A DNA stretch of 64,000 nucleotides from Laetmonice hystrix (Eukaryota), in the NCBI GenBank assembly GCA_965235115.1, contig OZ249436.1, forward strand, positions 51,462,001 to 51,526,000. Direction: 5' to 3'. Both the position numbers and the translations under genes were made by a program. The notes beneath the pieces are model-generated. The model was not told the origin of the DNA. It worked only from the letters and a program-made list of their open reading frames with translations, and searched no databases. Below, piece by piece: positions 38,750 to 51,959 of this stretch; position 1 is the stretch's first letter; every line of letters starts with the position of its first letter.

Positions 38750-41550
38750 ATGGCTTTAGCTGTAGTGGAATTCCCGGAGGAAAATGCGGTAGAATTCATT
38801 GAGGTAGAGCGGATACGGTTAGGTGCCTGCCGTGAGCCACAGATTGGGGAGGAGGCAATGATCGACTACCAGCCGGGCTTGTGCTGTCCCGGAAAAATCC
38901 TCGCACTGGGAGGTAGGCCTAGGTCAGTTAGGCCTAACATCAGGGTTGGGTGGCATAACACACAACACAAGCTAGGCATAAGCTAGTCAAAGAGTATAGG
39001 TTTATCAACTTCGTGCTATTTCTAAGCGGTCAGTCCATCCATGCATGCATGATTTGCCCCTTCTCTTTCTCGCACAAGTTCAACTGTTATCCGCTGGATA
39101 ACCACCCTCAAGCGGCTCAGCCTCAACTGCCTCAGTCAAGCTCAAGGGCTTTGTGGAAACCAAATTCAGATTTATTAATTACATCAACCTAGATAGTGCC
39201 GAATCCCCTCAGGGTTGTAGATCATTCTACTTCTAGTCAATCTTAGAATCAAGACAAATCTAGCTATTTTTGTCAGAGCGGTAGACCTCGACGACTACAC
39301 AGTGTCAGTGGCCGCTCAGCTCAGTACTTTTTCACAGTAGTAGAGCGGCCACCGCGGCGCAGCCGCAGGTGGCCGTCTTTCATAGTTTCTAGGACTAACG
39401 TTAACACCGTTAGGCCTACTTAGTACTAACGTTATAGTAGTAGGAGGGTCCGGTGGCACAGAGCTGTTGTGCGGGTGAAATATTAGGGGGGGGGGGGGGG
39501 CGCACTTGCCACTTGCATTTTGCGAGTAGCGAGCTCGGAGCGCCTGTTTTGTACCCTGCAGCCTGCACCCAGCGGCAGCCCCACCCCCAGTCTGCCGACA
39601 CGCTGATGATAATCCGGTTGGAGTAGAGCTCGGCCTAACGTTAGGCCTACTTTCACTTTCCTGCATTCACTTTCAGCTGACCGTGTGGCCCTGAAATCGG
39701 CCATGGACAAAGCAGAGCAAGGTTTGATGCCCGATCAGCAGCCTTCTGTATTTGGCAGAGGAAAGCGGGAAAAGAAAGCAAGACATTTCTATGATGATGA
39801 TGATGATGATGATGAAGATGAAGACAATGAAGATAGATCTAGAGGGTCTATGCTGGTTTGTATTGCTGTTTTGCTCTTGTGTCTTTGTGAGTAGACTCCT
39901 AGCCAGTGTTTGCACAAGCAATTTTGAAAATTGGGGTCCCAGGGGCCTGTTGCACTGAGGTAAGATATTGGAGATCGCCAATTTGGGGAATATATCCCTT
40001 GCACCAAATAATGAACTTGCAGTCACTGTCTTTTGGAAAACCCAGGCAAGCTCGAAAAAGCTCGCCTAGATTTCTTAGGCGAGCTTTTTTTACCATGTCT
40101 TATAAGTTATTTAAGCTATCTACAAACTTGGGCTGGAGATGGGTTATTACTGTTTTTTTCGCGTATTTCGCAGGAGGCAAAAAAGAATACGTTTCTTCTC
40201 CATCAAGGGAAGACTTATTTTTTTCACATGTCGGTTAACAGGTCTGTCGCGGTTTTTCAACATTTACAGGTTCCAATTCATCTCAGTGTATTTTTTTTTA
40301 TTTTTCTAAACACGTCTGTAAAATAGAACGGGTCAGACATGGAGCAGGTCAGAGACTTCTGTCTATTTTTTGGGGGGGTCAACCCTCAAAAGTCAGGGGT
40401 AAAGCATGGTTATTTCACAACTTTAAAGAGTCAAATGCATGCCAGTATTTTTGTCTAATCTAAACTCGTAGTCAACGTGTTGTTGAGTGTGCTCATATGT
40501 AGATAATGAAATTGGCCACTCGACGAGAGCGTTTTTATTTATTTCAGTCATTATGCATGCCTTTTGCGGTGGAGGGTTGTAACCCAGCATACCATTCTCT
40601 AGTCTGGGAGTCAAAATTGGGGGAATCTTCGTGCGTCGCACTGACTCCTGCTGGTTTTTTATTGTGCGTCAGACTACACACTTCGTGCGTATTTGACCCG
40701 AGACCTCGGGTCTTTGAGAGCCCTGATTAATAGTGACTATGGTATTGGTAACACTTCCACGAAATTGGTGGTGAAAGTGCAGTGCAGGGTTCGTGCATCC
40801 TTAATTTATATAAAAAAGTCATGAAATTTGAATTATATAAGTAGGTACTTAAAAAATCATGAAATTTCAAAAAATCATAAAAGAAATCATGAAATTTGAC
40901 TGTCTATATTTAAAAATAAAAGTCCTTCAGCTAATTTGAAGAAAAAAAGAGAAAAAAAAAATTACTTCATCGTCCAAGTCCATGGCAGAGTTGCCCGACA
41001 TGCCTCCAAATACCCTGGCCACTCTTTATCACCATAACTAGAACATAGTAAAATTTTGCATCTAGAGTCATGAATGCTGTTGGTGTACCGTGTTAGTAAA
41101 TAACTGCATGGTATCCTTTCATGTGTGCAGGTGCCTGTTTGCAGGAAGAAAAAAGTTCCATCATACCGAGTTCCCCTCAAGAAAGCAAAGTATTTGACTG
41201 AAGAAATGGTTAAAGTGGTTAAAGCTCAAACAAAGACACCAGGTAGCGAAGAGGTACATTTCCTCCTTGTTTCTAAAAGTTTTGTCCTTTCAGCAATGTG
41301 AAATTCATTTATGTTGTTGGCTTGATCTTTTTTACCTGTGCCTGTAAGACCTACGGGCATACATAGTTAAATGTACATGTACATGTTTCTCATGACCCGA
41401 CTGCCCCCAAACTCTGCACCCGCCCAAGTAATAATACGAGCTGAGTCTTGACACGTGACAAAATCACTGTTAGCCACCCGGTAAGAGCTCACTCCCGGGG
41501 TAGCTATTGCGCAATATATACATTGGTAATGGTAGTGAAGTCTCCATGAA

Positions 41551-41585
<35 letters not shown>

Positions 41586-44500
41586 ATGGTATAATGTTTA
41601 TTTAATTTCAGTCTGAATCAGACACAGATACAGACATCCCGGACAGCAAGAGTGCCCTGCACGATAAAGTAAGGTTACTCCAAGCGGAAAATAGTTTTCT
41701 AAAACAAAGAATGAAGCAACTGGAGGACAAATACAAGGTTTCTAAACGTAAGTAACAGAGGTGGCATATTTACTTAATTCTAGCCATTCAAAGGTAGCTA
41801 TGTGCAAAGGTATGATGGGTAAATAATTGTAATGAGACATAGACAACTGCCGGTAGATGATTTGGCAAGCCCTGCTTTAGTTTAAACCAGCTAAAGAGAC
41901 CCGGAACAAAATCAACACAACAATCACACGCGTTCTTTGCAATTTCAGACTATGAGGTGATGCTACCCCAGTTTCAGCATCACCTCAAAAAGCTGGAGGC
42001 TATGGCAGGTATGGTAAACAAGCTGTCAATGTGTAGATCTTCACAAAACAACACAAGTCTGGAAAAGAAGTCGACTTCTTCAGAAAACAATGAGCATGCG
42101 ATAAAGCCAGCTAAACAGGTAGGTGTAACCAGCTGGTACAGACCGCTGCCTTTCTTATTCCATATACCTGCGCCAACATTGGAAAACCGGAAATCTGAAC
42201 ACTACCCTTAAAAGAAAAGACCATCGCCAGTCTGTATAGGCCAGGCACACATGCCGTGATATTCTAAGCAAGTTAAAAAATATTTGAACACAATTGGTGC
42301 TCAGATGGTTAAGATATAGGCACTTTAGTGCCGGAGGCTTCTTACAACCTGCTCAGCTGGTGAAGGCCGCCATTCCTTGGGCTAAGCTCAAAGTGCACAT
42401 GCTCGCCCTAGGCGTGCATGCGCAGCACGACTGCTCTCCAGTTTGGGAGGAACTAAAAGCTGACGCATCTGTTGCGTTGATCGGTTTGGAAGGCAGCGAA
42501 CAGCTATAAGCAAAATTTGTTAGGACATAGATGAAAACCGTCGATAGTGATGAGGAATGGCTACAGGAAAAGCCTGCCGATGTCAGGGGACATATCAGGG
42601 TGGACACGGATCTGGGCAGCCGTGGGTTTCGGCCAGTTGCATTCGTCCCACTTGGATTCATGCAAGAATGGACTACGACCGCGAGCAATGGCAGTGTCAG
42701 CATGATCAGCACAGACCTGCTGCGTTTAGTTGTGACTGTGACTGTGACTGTGGGATTTGCCACCCGCCTCGGCTGCCGTTTAGCCTAGTATAGCCTAGCC
42801 CTGGCATGCAAATATTAGCCCTGGAACGTCACTTCCGGTCAGCCCAATAGCAACAAATGGCTGCGCTGCTGAAGCCAGTGATTTTGACACGGTTGTCATG
42901 TTCAATATATGACTTCTTGGAATGGGGGGACATTTATTTCCAACCACTACTCTGAAAGGTGAGTATGTATATAGAGGCCTTGCAGCTGTCCAAATATGAT
43001 ATGCACCTCTGAGATACTGTCAGGAACAGTGGTGGTTCAGTGGCAGGTCCTCAAAGAGACCAAACAACATGTGTCATATGGGTCAACCCCCAAGTACTGA
43101 ACCCATACCATTATCTGTTAAGATGTGTACGATGGATTCTAAGTTTGTATACAGTATAATCCGTAAGCATCTTATTCTAGCATGGGTTCAGTAATAATAT
43201 TTGAACACTTGCAATCTCAACCAGTGGTTACTATCAAACTGCGATCAGCGACTTTTGGGAGGCCTCTGCATCTACTCAACTGGGTCTTGTCACCCACTAT
43301 TACAACCAATAATTGTATAATTGGCTGCGTTAATTTATTTTTTTAAACTGGCTGTGGTGCCCCAGGGCTTGGATGAAAAGTGGCCTTGGTACCCTCACAA
43401 CTGGCCTTGGTGCCCCTAAAATTAGATTAACGTCAAGGCCAAACAGTCATTTTTTTAAGCGTTTCCAAATTTTTGCCTCTAAAGGGAAAATTGATTAGCT
43501 TTTCCTTTTTTCAGACCACTAAAAAGCATCCTTTTTCCAAAAATTTCAGACCGAGAAAGAACCACCAGGCATTGAAAAGAAAAATGAGGCATCTGAGACA
43601 GTCTCGGTGCCCATGCCAGTCCTAACAACCAGGATAAATGTTGATGATGATGAAGATGCCACAGTAAGTTGCTATGCTAGCTGTCCTAAGATTAGTTTTT
43701 GTATAGGCACTCTTTTTGTAGTAGCTACCAGAGAGTATCAGTATGTAATGGCTGACAGGCAACTGCTCTGTTCATTTCAGTTGCTCGGACTGATTTTTTG
43801 GTTGTTGTGGGCGCTCGGTCACTCGATTTGGCGAATCCGGATGACTGACAAGGGGAAAAATTGTCCAATTTCTATTTTAAAGTTTTTGTGTTTTTTTTTT
43901 TTTTAAATTGATGAATGAAAAGTTAATCTACTATCGACATAGAGTATTTATCATTATCAACTTGCTCAAGCATCTCGCCTCCAATATTGAAACTGACTGA
44001 ATTAGTCAGCAAAGAGATGGCAAAATAGGTCAAGAAGTAGCAAATGTATCTCAGCAATTTAGAAATGGAACTTGAAGCGTGTCTATGACTCGTAGGCTCG
44101 GTGATAGGCAAGTATTCAGAGGCAATCGAAATTCACCGCCTCCATGTTTATGTGGGTTAACCCTACTAAGGTAGCAGGGTTAACTTTAACCCAGAGAATA
44201 GGTTAACCCTGAGAATTTTTACGTTCTTGCATACCGGGTTAAACAGGAACCGTCATTGATGTGTTAAAATGTGGAATAGTGGCATACACATGTCTTATTT
44301 AATGCACATAATACATTCCAGGCTGCTCACGGGGAAAAAAAATTTCCACAAGCACTTTATAGCCTTTTTTTTGCAAAATGGACACAGAAAGGTTCAAATT
44401 GCGCGCGAATTATGTTAATGAGGTTTTGACGTCAAATCGAGAACACTTGCCGAGAGGAAAATGGCGGCCACAGTGGTAAACACGAGTGAGGGCAGTGCAC

Positions 44501-46546
44501 TCCTCCTCCTCGTTTAGGTCCTTGTCTAACTTTGAAGATTTTGTGCTACCGTACCAGAGTAGCAGGATAAGACTGAAGTCAGTAAAGATTATCACCAACA
44601 ATAGGCAGAACCACTGCAGTTTGGGCCGTACATCACGGTTCGAACCTGATCGAGGCCGGTGGATGGGGCAGTGTCACTGGCTGACGGGGGAGGGGGGGGG
44701 GCATGGCCGGACTAGTCTGTCCACCAAGTCCATCAAATAGCGGAAATTACACAAATTCTGATTGCTCTTTCGATCAGATAACAAGTTTAAGAATTGTCAC
44801 CAGTCGGCATGAAATCATCGCCGATGACGATGCGTTTCCATGCTTTGTTTACAAACACCGATCGATCCGTGGCCACACACACACTGAGTCTGAGTGAAAC
44901 GGGAATGGCAGGGTGGAAACAGACCACTAACTAATGCCAAACTTGGGCGAAATTGATGTAAATCGAGATTTAATTGACATCCATGGCCCATAGAGAAGGC
45001 TCCTATATATAGACGAGATCTAGGCTTTTCGTGACAACTAGATCTAGGCCTAGGCCTATGCCTATAGCCTCAGTCTCAGGTAGCTTGAGCGGCAGTCATT
45101 GCTTTGTTTGCGGCTGTTCGCGGCTTCCGACCGTCACCCTCGCAGCTACACTGCCGTTACAGTCAGGCATGAGCTACACGCCTACAGTCAGGCTGCCATG
45201 GTGAGTTTGTCTTGACTTTGGGTCCGCCCCTCCTACAAACCTATAAAGATTAGGCTAAACCCAACTTGTATTTTGCCCAGTTGTCGGAACAATCGGCAGC
45301 ACAACGTACAGCAGGCTTGTGCCAAGTTGTGGGCGGTGGCTCCCAGACCCAGTGGCAGAGCGCTCTCTGTCTCTGCTGGCCTTGACAAATATTTTTCGGA
45401 TGCTGCTGAGTGCTGATTACTCCAAGGAAACTCAAATAATTTGTTGTCCTGGTGGTCACAGAACATAGGCTCATAGCTACACACCGTCGGGACATTTTTC
45501 TAACTTAAAATGTATTTTATAAAATGAATATCACTCTAGATCACAGGCTACATAACGCCTCGAGCAGTGGCACACACAGGGGAATCCCAAAACGTCACAA
45601 AGACCGTTCTCGATTTGACGTCATTATCTGGTGCGGGTTTTGATGGCATTTCGTTTCTAGGGCCGTTGCTATGGGCCGTTCTAATTAACGGGTGGACATA
45701 ATAAAACGCAATTAACGAATTTTATTCCTCTATCGTATTACATTCAGTACATATCATGAGATGCCTTCTATATGACAGTTGACGGTACATCTTTAACGAG
45801 TTAACCCACAGACTGGGTTAACCTCGAGGTTAAATACGTTCTTGCATACAGCCACCAGAGTTAACACTTTTTCTTGCATACATATTTTTTCAGATAGTCC
45901 TTCACAAAGGTTTGGCACCAGTCGATAAGAACATATGGTTGCGGGAGAAAAGAAACAACCAAGATAATCCTAGTAAGTACTTAGCAACACTGCTAAGTAT
46001 CTTTTTCACAAGAAAAGAAATGGCAGAGCATTCACTGACTGGGGAAAACAGCACAAAGCCAAAGTTGGATCCTGTCAGCGTTTCTGGATTAAGAGGTGAG
46101 TCTAAGTAATGCACATCCTGGAAACTCAGTGTGCTCCCAGAATGTCTTGGAATGGAAATGAGTTCTTCAAGATTTGCCCTGGAATTTCTCAAGGGTGGCA
46201 TACATGTAGGAAATTTATGCAAACGTGGGGATGTAATTGGCAAGGTCATAACAGAAATCCGGGGATTGGTGGTCATGATGAACCAGATTTCACCCAGGGT
46301 GGGTGCAGAATTTTCCTTTTTTTTAACAGCCAAATTCCACTCTAATGTCCCACTTTTACCCCTTTAGTATCCTTTAAATAGAGCCCTGAAACTTTACACA
46401 ATACCAAGTAATGTGGTTCTTTTGCAGGGCATATGTTGGAACTTTTTCCGAACTTCAGCGACACCAAGTTTAATGCAGTCATCACTACAAAGCTGTCCAA
46501 CGAAACCAAGGCACATCGCCGAGTGATTAAGAAAGCAGAAGTTTAA
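38750..46546 (+). CDS. Transposon-borne spliced BEN-domain protein; exons ~38750-38912, 39677-~39845, 41131-41253, 41612-41747, 41949-42118, 43550-43663, 45894-46095, 46428-46546
   Basis: N-terminus MALAVVEFPEENAVEFI, basic/acidic tract, coiled coil (LHDKVRLLQAENSFLKQRMKQLE), and C-terminal BEN signature YLATLLSIFFTRKEMAEHSLTG...KPKLDPVSVSGLRGHMLELFP...FNAVITTKLSN. GT-AG junctions; the exon-2 donor is uncertain. Confidence 0.75.
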
Positions 46547-47310
46547 AAGCAAAGTTTCCCCAAAGAAAACAGAAGTTTAATGGCCACTAGAATGCACCTG
46601 TCATCCAAAAACAGAAGAACTGCAAAAAATGAAGATTTCTTAGTGCATTTAGCTTTTCAATGTCACAGAGGTCAAATTGTGTTTTATCAGTAATCTATTT
46701 CGAGTGGTAATTTTCTAAGATTTCATTTTTATAAAGATTCTAAATCATTAAAGAAACTTTATTGGTGTTTGAATATCTATGTCAGCTAGCTTTCATGATA
46801 AAAAAATAATTTTCCCAGATTTCAATGACACCAAGTTTAATGCAGTCATCACTACAAAGCTGTCTAACGAAAGAAAGGCATATCGCCAAGTGATGAAGAA
46901 AGCAGAAGTTTAAAAGCAAAGTTTCCCCAAAGAAAACAGAAGTTTAATGGCCACTAGAAGGCACCTGTCATCCAAAAAGAGAAGAACTGCAAAAAATCAA
47001 GATTTCTTAGTGTATTAAGCGTTTCAATATCACAGAGGTCTAAGCTGTGTGTTAAATCAGTAATCTATTTCTAGTGGTAATTTTCTAAGATTTCATTTTT
47101 ACAAAGATTCTAAATCATTAAAGAAACTTTATTGGTGTTTGAATATCTATGCCAGCTAGCTTTCATGATAAAAGCATCATTTTCCCAGATTTCAGTGACA
47201 GCAAGTGCAGTCAACACAGCAGAGGTGTCTAATGAAAAAAAAGGCTTATTTAAGTTTGATGGCCACCAGAAGGCACCATCCAAAACAAAAGAACTGCAAA
47301 AAGTACAGTA
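46455..47310 (+). repeat. ~366 bp tandem triplication of the BEN gene last exon and 3' UTR
   Basis: Units start near 46457, 46823 and 47193; the third is degenerate and partial. Confidence 0.85.
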
Positions 47311-47344
47311 TTTAAAAAGGCACTTATTTGAAAGAGACTCTGTT

Positions 47345-47501
47345 CTCAGGGGTCGGTTTTACTAAAGGTCCTTATTTAACGACGTAGCTAATTTAACATA
47401 GAAGTGAATGGGTTGCTAGGTAACGACCTAGCAACCATTCACTTCTAAGTTAAATTAGCGACGTCGTTAAATAAGGACCTTTAGTAAAACCGACCCCTGA
47501 G
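47345..47501. mobile_element. 157-bp near-perfect palindrome (hairpin MITE)
   Basis: ctcaggggtcggttttactaaaggtccttatttaacgacg... pairs with ...cgtcgttaaataaggacctttagtaaaaccgacccctgag around a loop of a few nt. Confidence 0.85.
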
Positions 47502-47712
47502 TGGTTCAGCTATAAGTCTGAGGGCAGCTCAGCTATAAGTGTGAGGGACCATAAAAGTTAACAGTAACGTCAGCAGAAATTGGTGATGTAAGTACAAAAC
47601 GGTGCTCACCATGCGGTAGGACTGTAGTAACGTTTCAGAACCTGGAAAATTTTATAGACTCACATCTCACTCAGATCTTTTAAATTATAGAATTGTGTGA
47701 AATGTTTCCAAG

Positions 47713-49949
47713 ATGCTGTCGGTGAAGGTGATGAACCACTTTACCCTGGAGCAAGAATAACTAAAGCCCAGAGCCTGTTGATGAATGCAATTTTCTTCTT
47801 AAGGAATGACTCAAGAAGAAGACTGTCCAAGACTTCCTGACAATTTACAATGCACAGTTTCCTCAGATGAGTCCTTCCACAAATTATTTGTTTGAAAAGG
47901 CATTTGCTCACACAGAGAAAACTGTGCAGCATTTCTATTGTGTGGGCTGTAAAGGTTACTTGGGAAAGAATTCTGATTTGGAAGACAATGCAGTTTGTGA
48001 TGAATGTGAAACAAACTTCAACAAATCTGAAAGTGTGAAAAATGGTGTCTTCTTCTTGGAAATTGCATTTGAAAATCAAATTAAGTTCCTCCTGGAAGAG
48101 AACAACTTTTTAAATTGGGCCTAGTGAAACTAATGATGCATACAGAGATATTGTGGATGGGGACTTATACAGAGCTAGCATGCAAGAACCTGGGATATCA
48201 CTTTTGTGGAATACAGATGGTTTCCCAATGTTCAGGTCATCGAAGTACAGCATTTGGCCAATTCAGGTTATGGTTGTAGAACTCGGTCCAAAAATCAGAA
48301 AGGAGAAGATGGTGCTGTGTGGCCTTTGGTTTGGCCCAAACAAACCTGTCATGAACACATTTTTCATACCGTTTGTCGAGAAATGCAAAAGTTTGCATAC
48401 AACTGGAATCACTTTCACAGGACCAGATTTGATACAGAAGACCTTAAAAGTTCATGTACTAGTCAGTTCGTGTGATGCACCAGCTCGTGCTGACTGCAGA
48501 AATGCCACTTTCTTCAATGGGAAGTATGGTTGTGATTTCTGTGTTCATCCTGGTCAAGTTGTGGAAAAGGGGCGTGGACATGTAAGGGTTTATCCGTACC
48601 ATGAACCAACTCCTCAGTTGCAGTCAGCGACCACTCATGTTGAGCATGTTCAACAAACTTTAGATGGTGGTGGTCCAATTATGGGTATAAAAGGTCCAAG
48701 TGTCATAGGCCTTTTACCAGGATTCGACATAGTAAAGGGATTCGTCCCAGATTATATGCATTGCGTACTGCTTGGGGTCACCAGGCACTTTGTTTGTGAT
48801 TTGTGGTTTGACACATCAAACAATGGTCAGCAGTTCTACCTTGGCCCACAGATGGAAACAGTTAATGAGAGATTACAGAACATAAAATGTCCCCATGAGA
48901 TTACTAGAACACCACGTTCTTTGAAGACAGTTAAGTACTGGAAAGCATCTGAGTGGAGAGCATTCCTTTTGTTTTATTCCCTACCTGTTCTCAGTGGAAT
49001 TCTCCCTCAGCGGTACCTAATGCATTGGTTCTTGTTGGTGTTTGCCATGCATCAACTATTGCAAGCCAAAGTCAGCAGAGCAGACATTCAGTTGGCAAAT
49101 CTTAGCTTGCGCAAATTTGTTATTTTCACTGGTGAACTATACGGCGCAGAACATATGACATACAACTTGCACCTTCTGATACACCTCCCAGAAGCAGTGT
49201 GCAACTGGGGCCCCCTGTGGGCGACATCAGCTTTTGGATTCGAGACCAGTATTGGAGTTCTTAAACGTTTGGCACATGGTACACAGTACATTCCACAGCA
49301 GATATGCTCAAAAGCATTAATGTGGTTTGAGATAATGATGCGGTATCGCCGCATTCAGAATGCAAATGATTCTGTTGTGTTTCTGGAAACATGCCATCTG
49401 ATGCTTCAGAATCAGAAGTTCAGCCTAAAAAAAGCTGTCCGATTGTGCAAGGATGTTGTTGGCATTGGTCATGGCATTGTGAAGGCACTGAATTTAGCCC
49501 AACGTGTTGCGCTGGAAAATATAGGAATGCATGTTGGTGAGAATACTGTACAACTGTCTTTTTTAAAGTTTGTTTTTCAGCATGTGTTATTTCAGGCCTC
49601 AAGTGAAGGAAGTATGAAGCATGATGACTCATGGGTACATGTTACCGGTACAACCTTTGCAAGCATTCAGTGCCTGCTTGTTTTAAAGGAATGCAACTGC
49701 AGGGTTCAGGTGTGTCTGTGTGAACAAACTCCAGTTGTTATTGCCAAAGAGGTTGTCTTGCTCAGGGGTCACTTTAGTGATAACCAAGTAAATGCAACTT
49801 CGAAGTTCCTCTATGAATTTCATCAGTCAGAGCCTCAGAGAACTGTTGCATACCCACTGCCACAACAGGTCTGGAGGAAATGTGTATTTGTGGAGGGTGA
49901 TTGGCCAAAGTATATTATACCACTTCCTAATGTATTTGAGAGAGATTAG
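47713..49949 (+). pseudogene. CACTA/EnSpm (CMC superfamily) DDE transposase, frameshifted near 47810 and 48120; 598-codon open core at 48153-49949
   Basis: PLYPGARITKAQSLLM, YCVGC...CDEC zinc motif, WNTDGFPMFRSSKYSIWPI, SCDAPARA, NGKYGCDFC, PDYMHCVLLGV, WKASEWR, TYNLHLLIHL, WGPLWATSAFGFE. Confidence 0.88.
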
Positions 49950-50164
49950 AGATGAGGAATCTATAGATGTTATTCAGTGACGTCAGTTGGAGGGAAACGT
50001 TATGTTTATGATTAAACTATAGTTATTTCCCCTAATATTGACATCTTCTTTTCACCAACCAACAAATAGCTCGATCTGTTTTTCACGTACAGGTTCCCTT
50101 ATTAAGTCATACCACGAACTCAATCTTATTTGCAGCATGTTTGGTAGCTGGTGGTCATTTCATG

Positions 50165-51025
50165 GTAATTTCTTGTAAATTATAGAAGTGTGTGAAATGT
50201 TTATGGCTGTGCACTAAGACAAGTAATTTCTTGTAAATTATAGTAGTGTTTGAAATGTTTGTTATGGCTCCACATTGAGACTAGTAATTTCTTGTAAATT
50301 ATAGAATTGTGTGAAATGTTTGTTATGGCTCCACATTGAGACAAGTAATGTCTAGTGGGTTCTAGAAGTGTGTGAAATGTTTGTTATGGCTCCACACTGA
50401 GACAAGTAATTTCTAGTGGGTTCTAGAATTGTGTGAAATGTTTGTTATGGCTCCACACTGAGACAAGTAATTTCTAGTAAGTTCTAGAATTGTGTGAAAT
50501 GTTTGTTATGGCTCCACACTGAGACAAGTAATGTCTAGTGGGTTCTAGAAGTGTGTGAAATGTTTGTTATGGCTCCACACTGAGACAAGTAATTTCTAGT
50601 GGGTTCTATAGAATTGTGTGAAATGTTTGTTATGGCTCCACACTGAGACAAGTAATTTCTAGTAGGTTCTAGAATTGTGTGAAATGTTTGTTATGGCTCC
50701 ACACTGAGACAAGTAATTTCTAGTGGGTTCTATAGAATTGTGTGAAATGTTTGTTATGGCTCCACACTGAGACAAGTAATTTCTAGTAGGTTCTAGAATT
50801 GTGTGAAATGTTTGTTATGGCTCCACACTGAGACAAGTAATTTTTAGTAAGTTCTAGAATTGTGTGAAATGTTTGTTTTGGCTCCACACTGAGACAAGTA
50901 CCATAATTTCTAGTAAGTTATAGAATTGTGTGAAATGTGTGTTATGGCTCCACAGTCTAAGACAAGTAATTTCTAGTAAGTTCTAGAATTGTTCGAATCT
51001 TTGTTATGGCTCCAGACTGAGACAA
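50165..51025. repeat. ~61-bp minisatellite x~14 inside the CACTA element
   Basis: Unit acaagtaatttctagtgggttctagaattgtgtgaaatgtttgttatggctccacactgag. Confidence 0.92.
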
Positions 51026-51190
51026 AATGTGAAAGTAATTGTCTGTATGCATGCTTTTGTGCAATACTGCGGTCTACATAATATTGGAACTTTTTCCCTG
51101 ATTTCAACGAAATGTGTGATTTTCAATAAATTTGCAAAAGAATCATCATTGCTATGTTTCCAGTTATCATTCGGATATAGGCTAGCATGC

Positions 51191-51400
51191 AACCATGGTG
51201 AGCATGGTTAGACGTCTAACCATGCTCACCATGGTTAGACGTCTAACCATGCTCACCATGGTTGGAATGGTGGTTAACCATGGTTAGCATGGTTAACCAT
51301 GCTCTTACTGTCCCAAATAAGCATGGTAAAACCATGTGGTTCAACCGTGGTTCAACCATGGTAATACTAATGGTAAAACCATGCATTATTTTCGTAAGGG
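51191..51400. mobile_element. Right terminus of the CACTA/EnSpm element, with palindromic AACCATGGTT subterminal repeats
   Basis: Many aaccatg/catggtt direct and inverted repeats ending in gcattattttcgtaaggg (CCC...GGG-type end). No matching left TIR found. Confidence 0.65.
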
Positions 51401-51959
51401 AGCCGGGGTCCCGAGTAAACACTGTCCATGTTATTGTTGTTGAGTTCAAATCTGCCGCGGTCGACAAATGGCGCTATGACTGACGTCATTGCATCAACCA
51501 TCCCATAATACCCCGCTAGGCCGCTTCCGGGGAATGCCCCACCGCCCCACGCCCCGCAACACACGCTGGGCCATTTCAGTCGATGCTCGCACCTCGGTAC
51601 GTGGAGGAGCAAACTAGTAGATCTACTAGTATTGGCTATAGACTATATACTAAGATAAAATATTCATCGCTCATCCTCTGCTGAGAAAACGGGGCTTGTT
51701 GTAGTGGCTACACTAAAACGGTTGCCAGAGGAGTCTGCTACGCGAGGAGTGTGCTCGGTGTGCTACTCGTTCTGTGCTACGCGACTCAGCCGAGCTGCCG
51801 AGGCCCCGGTGCCCGTTAACACGCGCATAAGGAGGGGTGCTATTTACTCGAACTTTACACTAGCATATAATATTTCTATGTTGTAGACTCTAGTCTAAGT
51901 CTGATAACGATGCGTAGCGTAGTTCATGAAAAATCGCGAGTTCAAAATGAGTGTGTGCC

